Below are positions 1-25,700 of a DNA stretch of 64,000 nt, one piece after another. The DNA lies in the NCBI RefSeq assembly GCF_009914755.1, contig NC_060925.1; one strand, 5' to 3'. Each line of letters opens with the position of its first letter. Positions within the stretch are counted from its first letter, which is position 1. The notes under the pieces are model-generated. The model worked only from the letters and a program-made list of their open reading frames with translations. It was not told where the DNA came from and searched no databases. The translations under genes and the position numbers were made by a program. The stretch is from the human T2T-CHM13v2.0 reference genome, Homo sapiens.

Positions 1-99
1 AAGACTGACATATGGGCTCAACCAGTGCCTGGCCTTGCCTGTGTCACCTTTGTCCAGTGGACAGGTCAGCTGCTGCTCATCTAAGGATAACACCATCAA

Positions 100-635
100 T
101 GATAAAGCTAAGACAGCTCATTGAGTGCCTGTGTGTCCCGGGCATTGTTCTCAGAATATTACATGTGCTAATTCATGTTAAGGATATAGGTACTACTGTC
201 ATCCCCATTTTACAGATGAGGAAACTAAGGCGCAGTTAGAGCCAGGATTCAAACCGTGGCAGTCCAGTGCATGGCTGGGTTTTTTGTTTTTGTTTTTGTG
301 TTTTTTTTGTTTTTGTTTTTGTTTTTGAGAGAGAGTCTTGTTCTGTTGCCCAGGCTGGAGTGATATGGCGTGAACTTGGCTCATTGCAACCTCCACCTCC
401 CGGCTTCAAGCTATTCTCCTGCCTCAGCCTTCTGAGTAGCTGGGTTTACAGGTGCCTGCCACCACACCCAGCTAATTTTTGTATTTTTAGTAGAGATGGG
501 GTTTCGCCATGTTGGCCAGGCTGGTCTCAAACTCTTGACCTCAGGTGATCCACCCGCCTCGGCCTCCCGAAGTACTGGGATTACAGGCATGAGCCACCAT
601 GCCCAGCCATGGTCTGGTTTCTTAACCACCGTGTC
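100..635 (-). mobile_element. MIR interrupted by AluS (Alu ~279-608, - strand)
   Basis: MIR core cccattttacagatgaggaaact; full Alu with T-rich tail; MIR resumes at tcttaaccac. Confidence 0.85.
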
Positions 636-761
636 CTGTGGCCTCTTGTGCAGTCCAAGCACGTATCACAGCATTTTGTTTCCCCATTGGTCAGTACTTG
701 TCAGGGACATCACTTATCTTCCTTCTTGGAGGAAGATGCTGACTCTCAAAATCTCCTGCAG

Positions 762-14039
<13,278 letters not shown>

Positions 14040-14114
14040 GGCTGTTGGTTAGGGGACTGAAATGGAGAGAAAAGATGATCTGAAGGTACCTGTGGGACTG
14101 TCCTAGTTCATTGC

Positions 14115-14147
14115 TGCAGTGCTCCCATCCCCCACCAGGTGGCAGCA
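14115..14147 (+). promoter_or_regulatory. CTCF motif (core CCACCAGGTGGCAGCA plus upstream TGCAG module) in STRIP1 3'UTR
   Basis: Close match to CTCF consensus CCASYAGRKGGCRS, with TGCAG 17 bp upstream. Confidence 0.6.
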
Positions 14148-14747
14148 CAGCCCCACTGTGTCTTCCGCAGTCTGTCCTGGGCTTGGGTGAGCCCAGCTTG
14201 ACCTCCCCTTGGTTCCCAGGGTCCTGCTCCGAAGCAGTCATCTCTGCCTGAGATCCATTCTTCCTTTACTTCCCCCACCCTCCTCTCTTGGATATGGTTG
14301 GTTTTGGCTCATTTCACAATCAGCCCAAGGCTGGGAAAGCTGGAATGGGATGGGAACCCCTCCGCCGTGCATCTGAATTTCAGGGGTCATGCTGATGCCT
14401 CTCGAGACATACAAATCCTTGCTTTGTCAGCTTGCAAAGGAGGAGAGTTTAGGATTAGGGCCAGGGCCAGAAAGTCGGTATCTTGGTTGTGCTCTGGGGT
14501 GGGGGTGGGGTGTTTCTGATGTTATTCCAGCCTCCTGCTACATTATATCCAGAAGTAATTGCGGAGGCTCCTTCAGCTGCCTCAGCACTTTGATTTTGGA
14601 CAGGGACAAGGTAGGAAGAGAAGCTTCCCTTAACCAGAGGGGCCATTTTTCCTTTTGGCTTTCGAGGGCCTGTAAATATCTATATATAATTCTGTGTGTA
14701 TTCTGTGTCATGTTGGGGTTTTTAATGTGATTGTGTATTCTGTTTAC

Positions 14748-14753
14748 ATTAAA
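14748..14753 (+). terminator. STRIP1: STRIP1 polyadenylation signal (variant ATTAAA); 3'UTR ~14040-14770
   Basis: ATTAAA after an AU/UG-rich 3'UTR end, followed by GU-rich cgttggcttgt. Confidence 0.75.
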
Positions 14754-16359
14754 AAGAAGCAAAAATAATTCCCGTTGGCTTGTCTACAGGAAATATGGCC
14801 TCTACGTATCTCCTCCAGGTCTAGAAAGTGGTTTTTTCTGCTAGCATTGCTGGTCAACGCTTGTCCTTGTCAAGCTGCCTGCCTTTCCCATCCTGGGGGA
14901 AGAGGAGAGAGAGTTGGCATTTATCCAGTGTAAGTTAACCCCACAGTAATCTGGGATTGCTCTAGCCCAACTCCAGGGCACTAGGTTACTTTACTGACAC
15001 ATTGTCCTGCACCCCTGGGTTTGCTGTAATTTCAGTAGGAGCCCCAGGTTTCTCTGGATCACATCACTGAGCTGGCCTCAGCCAAACCAGTGTCAGTGCT
15101 ATGGAGGGAGGGGCTAGGTCAAAGCAAGGGGGTCTGCTGCTCTAGGTCCTCCCTGGGGCAGGTGGTTGGGACTGAGGGGAAACTTCAGTACTCAGAGCCT
15201 AGGAAGCAGACCATCAGGAGTCAGGTTCACGGTGGGAAAAAGTGTTGGAGGGCCCAGGAGCCCCCTGTGGCTGAGAGAAAAGCAAGGAAAATCTTTGTAG
15301 TAGGTGTCAGTGGACACCTGGCGCCTCCACTTTGGCCTCCAGACCCCTGGTTTCATCTGCCTGAGAAGATATTAGTGTTTTGATGCTGGTGAAAGGAGTG
15401 TTTCCTTTTTAGAATTCCTGGAAGCTCTTATTTTACCTGTAGGCAGTTGTTTTGTAGGTTGTTAAATCTCCAAGGGGTCTTGACTTGTAAAGGAAACATG
15501 TTCTGGGGAGCATCTCCCCTTCTTTGGGTCTTGTGTTCATGCCTGCCTGGCCTGGGACCTGCTGAGCCTCAGGACAGGCCTTTTGATGTGCCAGCATGGT
15601 TAGGGACAGCAGGGGTGGAAGGCAGCAGTGTACTCCTGATGGTCACACAGCTGTGAGATGGGAAGTCCCATCTGTGACTGATGGGCCCTGTGCCCCAAAG
15701 TAACTTGTACAGGACAAGGGAATTGACACAATTTATGTGTGGATGATGGATTTTCTGCTATTTCTTTCCAGGACTGACAGGAAATATGTATCTTGAGATT
15801 TCAATTAGGGAGAGATGGATTTTTCACATTCTTACTCTCCCATGAAGCCTGAGTCACTGAAACTGCGTGGTCGAGGCCTGTCTCTCCTCTGACCTGCAAA
15901 AGAGAATGCAGGACTATCAAAGCTGCAAGGGCCATAAAGCCTGGGCAGGCAAATCCTTTCAGCTGTAGGCCCAGGAGCCAGCCTGGGGAGAGGAAGGGGC
16001 TTCTCACAGCCACAGAGTGTATTAGTGGCAGGTTGGCCATTTGAACTCAGGTCTTTGTACAGAAATGTCTTTTGGAGCCACACAGTTTTTGTGGCTTTTT
16101 AAATCTCATATGGGTCATGAAATGGGCAGAGTACATGAAGACCCTTTGTACTTTGATTGAGTTACATAAAATGTTGTTTATTGCTAAGCAGGGTCAGGGT
16201 CCACTGCTCCTTCAATCCACCGAGGGACAGATTACCCTGAGGCAGTATCACTCTAAGGATGGGAGCTGTCCCTTGTTAATCGTAAGAGTTACCACTTATG
16301 GGTTGCCAAGTAGGTACCAGGCACAATATTAGATGCTTCTCAAAGCCTTATTTTCTACA

Positions 16360-16600
16360 AAGCCAGCAAATGCTGAGTACTTACAATGTGCCAGCCAGCG
16401 TTCTAACCACTTGATGTATAATATCTTACATATTCCTTGTGATATCCTGAAAGATACATGCCATTTTAATCCCTATTTTGCACAGGAGAAAACTGTGGCA
16501 CAGAAAGGATAAAGAACTTGCCCAAGGTCATATAAAGGCAAGAGCCAGGATTCAAATCCAGGCCTCTGTCTCAGCGCACGCATTTTTTTCACTCCCTCAC
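16360..16600 (-). mobile_element. MIR
   Basis: cctattttgcacaggagaaaactgtggcacaga...cttgcccaaggtca. Confidence 0.75.
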
Positions 16601-17049
16601 ACCCTTTGCTATTAGTCATTGTCATACCCCAGCACTTACCACCAGTGCCTTCATTTGCTCATTTATTCACCACAGCCAACACTTCACATTTGCTCTAGCA
16701 TCGTCCCCGGCATGAAAGATTCATGGTAAATGTCCATTGCTTTAGGTCCTAACTGGACCACCTAAGCTTAGCCTTAGCCTAGCCTCTGATGTTCCCTGAA
16801 TATGCCCTCCTCAGGGTAACTTGGCTGTTGCTGCCGTCTTTTTTTCTTTTCAGCCTGAGCCTAAATTTTTTTCTCTTCTGGGTCCCAGAGGACTCTTGTG
16901 TTGGCTGCCCCTTCTATACCTGTTAGGCTCATTTCCCAGGAGGCTGGCTTCCGTCTGTCCTCAAAGAGCTGACTTCTCAGAGGAGAATAGTTGTTACATT
17001 CATTTGGCACTTGGCACAGTCAGCCTCAGGCTGCTGGCTATAAAACAAG

Positions 17050-17260
17050 GGAGGAGCACCCTTTGGGAGTGAGACAGCCCTGACTTTCAATTCGGGCTCT
17101 GACATTTACTCACTGAGGGACCTTGAGCTAGTCAATTTCCAAGGCTCAGTTGACTCATCTGTAAAAATTGGTTTAATAATAGCCGTATTGCATGGGCTGA
17201 GTAAGATTGTGGAAATGAACCTACATGTCTGGCTGACAAGGGATGACAATAAATGGTAGC
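17050..17260 (+). mobile_element. MIR
   Basis: ctcagttgactcatctgtaaaaattgg core. Confidence 0.65.
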
Positions 17261-20015
17261 AGTTCTTAGTCTTGGCAATGGCCCCTCAAACTCTAATGTT
17301 CTATGAATTTGTACCCATTTCCTATGTCCCCTAGAAGACAGAAATCCCTTTCAAGGACCAGAACCATGTCTTAGGCCTCCTTAAAGCCCCTGGACCTAGC
17401 TGGCTGCTGTGAATCCAGAGGCATCTCAGAAGAGTCAGCTACTCGTCCAGCAACCTGCCATCACACCTTGAAGGCCTGTTGGGGCCAGGCCCTGTGGTAG
17501 ATGCCCTGGATATCCAGGTTACTAGGATACCACACTCTCTCACTTCTCTCGAGCTCGCAGTTGATGGAGACACAGCCATAAGAGCAAGTAAAAGCAATAG
17601 CATGATAGGTAACAGACGTCTGAAGGGCTTACCACAGGTCCCACTGGTCCCAGCCTCTTAGTATTGGAGGAGAGATTGCTGGGGGAGCCAGCAGTCGCTA
17701 AGTGGGAAGGAAGGGGGCTCCAGCATCAGAATCAAGGGCTCTGACAGCTGACGCTTGATGCTCACCACCTTCCAGGTGAAATGCCTGGGATGAGCCTGTG
17801 GAGGAGGCTGGGGCAGGGGAAGTCTTTCCTCTGCTGGATAAAGGAAATGTTAGGGTCTTCCCAGTTCCTGGCCATGCTAGACTCTTCCCATCTGGAGCTG
17901 CAGAGGGTCTGCACTTTGGGGTTGTAATTCAGGTTGAAGTGTAAATGGGAGAGGTGGGGAAGGAGGATTGAATGCCTTGCATGAGAAGCATTTCCAGCTG
18001 CTGACTGAGGTGGGCAGACTAGACTGATGGGCCCCCTGGCTGTGGCCCTCCAGTCCTGACCTGGTGTCCGTGTTTCTGCCAGGACCAAGATTTAGGGCTC
18101 TGGCATCTTCTCTGGGGGAGACAGGAGCCTCAGCAAAATGAGCTGGGATTTCAGGAGGGGCCACTTCCCCTTTCCCTTCCCAGAAGGAGTGGCCAGAGCA
18201 CAGGCCTGGCCTTGAGGAACCACTGGCCTGGGCGGAGGTCTGAGGTTAGCTCTGGAGTGAGGCTGAGGGCAGGGTTATCTGGAGACGGGGCCGTGTCTTA
18301 GGGGTGTGTGGGAGGAGGAGGGACACAGCTAATGAGAAGCAGGTGGAAGGGCTGCTCATGCCCCAGGCAGGGGACAGGCTGGCTGGGATGGCCCAGTAAG
18401 TAGGAGGACCTGTCACCTCACAGACAATCCCACAAAACAGGCTCCGGGATACCCATTCATATTCATTATATGTGAAGTGGGCGGTTGTAAAGTTAGCTTT
18501 CTCTTCATTTAGCTGTCACTGGACAGAAAAATATGAGCTGTGGGCAGATGCCCCTGGATGAGAGCCAGTAGCCAGTCTCTGGCCTCTCTGTGCCCTCCCC
18601 TAGGAGCCCCCGACCCCGCCATGGGTCCCCTCCTGGCCTCTGCCAGCCTCTCCCACTCTTGCTTCATTGACCTCTGGCTCACCTTTATTTTTTCTCCTGT
18701 CTCTTCCCACTTCTGGTTTCTTTGTTTGGGTTTATCACAGATCCTTTCCTCTTCCCTCCTTTCATATTTCTAAGCCCTCTCAAGAGAGAAGAATCATATT
18801 TTTCCTCAACCATCGCTCTATCTCTGGCACCCAGCACATTGCCAGGCTGAGTTGGCACTCAAAAATGTTTGTAGAACAAACTACTCTCTCTATACATCTT
18901 TCTGACTTGGTGGGGAAGAAGGTCCAAAACTTTGCTGATGACTCCTTGGATGAAGAAACTTCTCATACAGTGGTGTGAGCCCTGGAGTCAGAATGGTTGG
19001 CTTGAGCCCCAATTTCATTACTGCCTGGCCAGGTGAAGGAGATTCTGTTCATCAGTGGCAGCCAGGGATGTCTCTCCTTCCTACCCTGACTCTCCTCTTT
19101 CTGCTGGGTCCCCTCCCGGATACAGGGCTCACACCTGTGGACCTCAGAGCCAGCGTCAAGACCAAGAGGAAAGAAATCACCAAAAGCCAGACCCTTGTAT
19201 AGAGGGAAGGGGAAGGAAGGGAGGGAAGACAGACTCCTCTGGGGATACATGCGACTGTCTTGGCTGGGAAATCTGATCTGGTGGGGGACTCACCCCCTCC
19301 TCTCGAATCAGCTCAGCCCTGATGTGTCTTTGTGGGCTTGGGTTTCTCTGTGCCTGAAAGATGAGGCGTGGGGTGGGGGTGGCCGGGCTGCTGGTTGAGG
19401 CTGAATTCTTCTGAGCAATGTGGTTGTGTTTACTGGGAGGGTGGGAGGGCCAGACCTTTTTCCTGCCTTCCAGGCTTCGGAGATAAGGCAGAAAGTGAGG
19501 ATGAAGGATAGAATGGGTAATACTCTGAAACCACAAGAAAGAGTTCTGGCTTTTGTCTCTGCCCCACAGCTCAGACATTTCCTGGGGCATCTGGAAGGAA
19601 GCTGACCCACTCCCACCACCCTGGGGTCCCAGCCCATGGGGAGCACAGAACCTCAGTGGGCACCCCTTTCTTCCATTCTACCTCCTTTCCATTGTCAGTT
19701 TAGCCACAAAATTATTTTAGCTTTTTTACTGCCAGTCCCACCCTCAGTTTTCCCTGCCACATGAGCCCAGCCCTAGAGCTGAGCTTTTCTCCCTGCCTCC
19801 CAGCACAGCCAAAGCCACAGAGACCCTAGGCAGGTGACAGAGCCCAGCCTGGCATGCATCGGCCTTGAGGGCTCTGCTGCAGGACCACCTTCCCCTTCCT
19901 TGCTGGCCTCTCAGGGGTCGTGGCCAGCCTGCATCCTGGACACAGACCAGCCCCAAAGCAACCAGTGCCAAGCCCTGGGGATAGACAGTCACCTGGTATA
20001 AAAAACACCACCACC

Positions 20016-20144
20016 TTTATTAGAATGCTGGGCAGCCTTTTTTTTCTCTCTCTCTCCTTTTTTTTTTTTTTAAACAAAAAAAACACAAAAGTGTCTGTAC
20101 AAAAATGGGGATCAGGATCTCAGTCTGTAGAAATCTGTTTTATT
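20016..20144 (-). terminator. ALX3: Two tandem ALX3 poly(A) signals (AATAAA at 20144-20139 and 20021-20016)
   Basis: Two tttatt hexamers on + strand, ~0.7-0.85 kb downstream of the ALX3 stop. Confidence 0.7.
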
Positions 20145-20382
20145 CTTACCAACATCCAATATCATTTCCATGGCATAGCTCTGGGCTGGTCCCGTGGAAG
20201 AGATTCCAAATATGTGGTGATTTCTGGTGGAATTTCTGCCCCCTTGGAGGGGAAGATGACTGCATGGCATGCTGGGAGTGCAGGCACATGGCAGGAGTGA
20301 GGGTGGCTGGAGCTGAGGAGCCAGTGTGCCTCAGTCTATGCTGACCTTGGCCTTTACACCCTCCTTAGTGTCAGACACCAGT

Positions 20383-20396
20383 GCGCCCCCTGCTGG
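20383..20396 (-). promoter_or_regulatory. CTCF motif CCAGCAGGGGGCGC in ALX3 3'UTR
   Basis: Exact match to CTCF core consensus on - strand. Confidence 0.7.
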
Positions 20397-20859
20397 TGGG
20401 GAGGGGAAGCAGGGCTGACTCCACCCCATCATGGGAGACTCCCTTTTGGTTTCCATCTCATCATGAAGAGCTTCAGTCCACGCGGCGTTCTCCTCCCATT
20501 TTCCTGGGTTCCCTGAACGATGAGCCAAGTAAGCTGTCTTAGCTGGAGAGATGACAATGGACTTGGACAAAGTCTGGAGGAAGCAGGGCAGTGTCTCCCT
20601 GCCTCCAGCCCAGAGTTCAGGTGAGGGGACTCAGTTTGTGGTAGGAAGAGTCCTGGCTGCTTCGAAGCCCCTTCTCCTAGGCAGCCCCACCTTGTTCTAA
20701 GAGAAAAGACCCTGTAACGTGTTCCCTGCTGGGGGCTGACAGTGCCAGCTGCTCTCGCAGCCTCCAGAACCATCTGGGGCTTGGAGGCAGAGGTGGGCTG
20801 GGAGCGACTGGGAATGGAAAAAGAGGTGGGCAGCTCATTCTGCAGGTCCATGCAACCGA

Positions 20860-21168
20860 TCACGTGGTCCAGTTCAGAAGGCCGGGTGGCTCCTTGGGCT
20901 TTACCCTGAGCGAGACGAGGCTTGGAGACTTATAGTCACCATCTGAGGAAGGCTCAAAGCTGTGGCCCCCCAGGGTGGGGGGAAAGCCATGGATGGAGTA
21001 GATGCCAGGGTGAGCCGCAGAAGGGGCTGGCACCCCCATGAAGCCAGCCACACTCCCATGGGGGTGGGAATATGGAGACATGCATGGGGAGGGGATGCCC
21101 TCTGGAGACACAAGGCAGGGGCCTCCAGGGCTCCCAGATCCTGGACTGGCCCACAGGGAGTTCTGCAG
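20860..21168 (-). CDS. ALX3: ALX3 exon 4 coding part ([12 protein letters not shown]...LLNWTT*)
   Basis: ctcttttcag acceptor; TGA at 20862-20860; ORF 20860-21195. Confidence 0.96.
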   Translation of the reverse strand: MQNSLWASPGSGSPGGPCLVSPEGIPSPCMSPYSHPHGSVAGFMGVPAPSAAHPGIYSIHGFPPTLGGHSFEPSSDGDYKSPSLVSLRVKPKEPPGLLNWTT

Positions 21169-22729
21169 CTGAAAAGAGAGGGAAAGAAGGCCCATGAGCC
21201 TGTAGCCTCAGGAGCTGACTTCCCTACCCAGGGGCTTTCTCTTTGTCCTTGGGGCCCCAGAAACTTTCCAGGAAACCTCCACTTGGCTCAGATCTACCCC
21301 CTCTCACCCCCAACACTGGCAGTGGCATCTCAGGAGGCCCCTGCCACTGTTCTCAAAACGAAATTTTCTTCTGTGATTCCTTTGTGTTCCGCATGCGTCA
21401 TTCATGAGACAGGCAAGAGCCCCGGTTTGCAGAGAAAGAAGTGAAGTGGTGTACCCACTGTCATACAGAACGCTGACGCTCTCCAGGTTTCTTCAGGCCA
21501 GACCTCATATTCTTTTTGGTGACCCTGCCAGGTCCTGGTTCAGGTAGGGCTGGGGTCTTACCTGAGGGTGGCTGTCAGTACGGGGCAGCACAGAGATGTC
21601 ATAGGCAGCCGTGAAGGGGTTCCGCCCCTCCTGGATCTTCCCATAACGCTCGCGCTTCCGCCACTTGGCTCTGCGGTTCTGGAACCAGACCTGGGGGCAG
21701 GTTGTGGGGGTTTGAGGGGGTGATAGGGCAGCCCTGAGGAAAGGAGCCTGCTAGGGAGAGCTGATGGTTGTGTCCTCTTGTGGGATGGGGAGCAGGCTCC
21801 AGGATGGAGGATCTCAACTGTTAATCCACACTGTTCTCCAGGCCAGGGAAGCCTGGGAGGAAGCCTGGGAGAGGCCCAAGCCCACAGTGGGTAATTGGCC
21901 CCATGGGCCTCCAGCTGTCACTCCCCAGGTTGAATCACTGTGGTCCTCCAGCCTGGCTGTGTCTAGTAAGGGTGTTGTGGGGGCATCTGTGGGCCTCAGG
22001 GGCCCTAGGTACTTCCTGGGTATACTGTGTACATGTGTTGGGTTTCTAGTCTCCCTGCCTCATCTCCTTTTCCAGGCTACCCACCTCATAGCATCCGAGG
22101 AATCTTAGACATTTCTGTTCAGGTCATGGTCCTGTTTAAACCCTCAGTGACTCCCTGGAGACCTTGGTCCAGAGCATAGCTTCTTAACAAGGCCCCTGCC
22201 TCTCTGCACAGCCTCATATCCTGCCAGGCAAACACATTTATTCTTCTGGTTGCCTCCCAAGCTCCCGCCCAGCTCTTCTGAAACACTGCTATCTTGCTCC
22301 TTCCATCTTTTGCTTAGGTTTTCTCTTCCTGGGCTACTCATCCCCTCAACACATACATCCACACTGGGCATCCTCCACAGGACTTCCAAAATACCCTGGA
22401 CCTCTCTTTGTACTCACCCCATTCCATTACCATGATCTGTTTTGGAATCTGTTTCTCCCATTTATTTGTGAGCCCTTGGCAGATAGGGGTGGCACATCTG
22501 TGTGTTGTGCACATCTGTGTACATATCTGTGATGAATTCGTTGTTTGGTATATGTGCTGTGACTGTTACATTTAACTGTATTGGTATATATGTTTTGTAT
22601 TTCTATCATTTAATCAACATTTATGTGTCAGCCTCTAAGCTAAATTTAACAATGTCAAAATAAAACCAACCAAACAAAACAACCCCTGCTTTCCAGGGAT
22701 ATCTAGCTGGGAGTCACAACAGAAGAAAG

Positions 22730-22776
<47 letters not shown>

Positions 22777-25700
22777 TAATCCGTCTACCCCAGCTGGGAT
22801 CAGGCTTCCTGCCCCCATGGTCATTCCTACACATGCAGGCAGGTAAGGCACCAACAGTGAAGGGGCTGTGCATACCCCATCCCCCTAGCTCCCAGATTGC
22901 CAAGATAAGAAAGCAGGCCTGCAGCAAGGTCAGCAAAAGGCCACCCCCACCTGCCCAGCTGCCTGGATTTCCTTTCTCTGCTCTCCCTCCCCTGACAGAG
23001 GATGAGGGAGCTTACAGCCAGTGAATCTGGCTATTGGAACTCACTTTTCTGTCACCACCCATTCTCCCTTGGGGATCCCGCTGTAGGCCTCCCCTGGGCT
23101 CTGGACCTGCCCTCTGCATTATCTGGTGTGTAGTCTCATTCTTCCTCTCCATAGGGCAGGGTGTATGGGTGGGTTTCACACCCCTGCCAGAGAAAACATT
23201 CCTACTCCAGGGTCTCCATCCTTCAGGAAGCTTCTAGACTAGGGGTGAGGGCCTCATGGCTACTCCTGCACCCTCTCAGGTTGAAAAGGCCTAGGAGAGG
23301 AGCAGAGGAAGTGCTCTCCACCTCCCACAAACACTTGCTTTGGGAAGAGCTGGTTAGACCACACCCCGGAGGCCTGCTGAGGTGACTCCATGGTCCTGAT
23401 TCCCATGGCTTATATCATCTGGGGTTGCCTTGAATGCCGGGCCTCTTGCCCTGATGACCTCAGCCCCTGGAGGCCTTGGGGGACAGTCTTGGAAGTCTGT
23501 TTTGGCTCCTCGGAGGAGCAGGGAGGCAGGAGAACGCAGCAGAGAAGGGGAAACAGCCCAAGCCTCTCTCATCCTGTTGGATGCAGCCGTAGGGCCTTCT
23601 CTGTTAGATGACAGCTGGCCTCTTTATAGACTGGCCTGTCAGTCCCCATATCCTGCCAGGACTATCTCCTGCCCTAGTGCCTTCACAAAGGGTCTCTGGA
23701 AGGGCCCCATGCAGGGTGGGATAGCATGAGCTTTGTTCCTGCTAAGTCTCCTCCATGGTGGGAGAGAGACTCCTCTGCCTAAGAGGTCACCTCCTCACCT
23801 TTCCCCAGAACTCCAACCCACCCCTCCCAGTGTCTCCTGCTTGGTATCGGGAAGCCTGCTTTGATCGAGCCGGTTCAGTGCAAGCCAGTGAATGGCCATC
23901 TTCCTCTTGGGCCAGACTCTTACTGAAACTCCTTCCCCATCCCCAGCCTGCTTGCCACCTTCATGTGCTTGACACTTCCAGCATGCTTGGACGTGGGCTT
24001 CCCTTGCCTTCCTCCCTTCTCAGCATTTACCTACCCACAGGCTGGGCTCCCCCCATGTAAAACTGGCCACGGCCCCTCTGGGAAGCCCTGGCACCTGATC
24101 TCCATGGGGGATTTTGTTAGGATGGGGAAGGGCTCCCAGCCAGCCTTTCCCAGCCAGCCTTTCCCAGCCAGGGTCTGAGCGCTGGCAGGGACCCAAGGTC
24201 GGTGGCTCCTGATGACTTTGAGAATCACTAACCCTGAGACCTCCTGACAGGGACCCTCCCATTCTAGGCAGCCACCTCAGGAGCAGCCCTGATGTGTGTT
24301 CAGCACTTCACCGCTTCCAAAATGCGGCCATCCCTGTGATCCTCAGGATAGTCCCTACGCAGCCAGTCCCATCATTCCCTTTTCCTGAACTGGGAAACTG
24401 AGACTGAGAGATCTATTAACATACCCCAAATCACCTCCAGTAAGTGGTAGACTTTAGGACTCCCACACAGGTGATGGCTTCCAGAGGCCATCGCCCTTAT
24501 ACCCAGGCATAAGCTTCAATTTGGACCAGAAGAGCCTGTGGCTGCAGCAGAGCTGGGCATGAGGGTGAGCCCAGGAGGGGAAGGCTGGTGCAGGCCCCTG
24601 GGAAAGGTAGCTCTGGGAGGCACCAGTGCCCACCTCTCCCAGCCCTTCCAGATCACTTTCTGGTCACTGTGTGATAGGGGCAGCCAGAGAGCCCCATCCT
24701 TGCAGTGCCCTCACCTGTACCCGGGCCTCAGTCAGGTCTGTGCGCAGGGCCAGCTGCTCCCGGGCATACACATCAGGATAGTGGGTTTTCTGGAAGACCT
24801 TCTCCAGCTCCTCCAGCTGGAATGTGCTGAAGGTCGTGCGGTTACGACGCTTCTTGCTCTTGTTCTTGGCCAACTCCATGGAGTCAGGGAGTCCCGGGGA
24901 AAGAGGAAGATGCAGGCTGGCCAGGCAGGGGCCTGGGGAGCCTTGCAAGTTAGAGGGCCCGTCTCTGGGGCCCCCTCGGCAGTCCAAGGGCAGCTGGGGG
25001 AAGCTGGCAGCTTTGGAGGTCTTCTCCTCAGCTGCAATGGAGAACACAAAAGGGAGGATGGCAACTGAACCAGGGGCTTTTGTGGGTTGGAATGGAGGGA
25101 GGGGGAAGAACATTGACGCCTCAGTCTCCGCCTCCCCCTTCCTTTCCCTTCCCTTCCTCCTGGCAGCCACCCTCCATGGGAGCCTGGCATTTAGAGGCCT
25201 GCCTGCTGAGCCTCCAGCTGGGGAGGGGGCCCTGGGGAACTATGTGCTCTGTGGTCTGGGCGGATCTGCTGGGGCCAGAGTGGGGTTCATTTCGGGGAAG
25301 TGCTCTGTGGTGGTGCGTTCCACAGGGACGTGAGAGGACTGGCGCCACAGCAGGACCACCACCCTGGCAAGGCCAAGAATGGGGGCAGAGGGCGGGGTGA
25401 GGATGGGGTGGTTGACATCTCCTGCTCCTGCCAGAAAGTGCTTCCTTGTTCCTAACTCTGCAGGCCTTGGTTCCCAGGCCCTTATGCCCACGCCTCTGTT
25501 CCCAGGGCCAGGCAGGCTGTGGACGTGGGTGCTCAGACCACCTTTGGCTGGTCTGGCTGAGCTTTATTCTCTGAACCCCAGGTCTCAGGTCAATATCAAA
25601 TTCCCCAGCTCTGGTGTAAGAAGGGCAAGATGGGACAAAGAAGCTTCCAGAGGGATTGCTTCTCTCCATTCCTCCTAAAATTGTGGTATCTGGGCAAGGA

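Noticed and set aside
267-662. ORFs such as ...[12 protein letters not shown]... and ...WWLMPVIP... (similar ones at 6284-7176, 12434-13041, 40163-40781, 57000-57314)
   Set aside because: These are translations of Alu sequence.
21162-21170. Alternative acceptor 6 nt into ALX3 exon 4 (cagCTGCAG)
   Set aside because: It would only delete Leu-Gln; the upstream AG has the pyrimidine tract and gives the expected 343-aa protein, and there is no evidence of use.
24538-25333. + strand ORFs overlapping ALX3 exon 2
   Set aside because: Antisense shadows of the real coding exon in GC-rich sequence.
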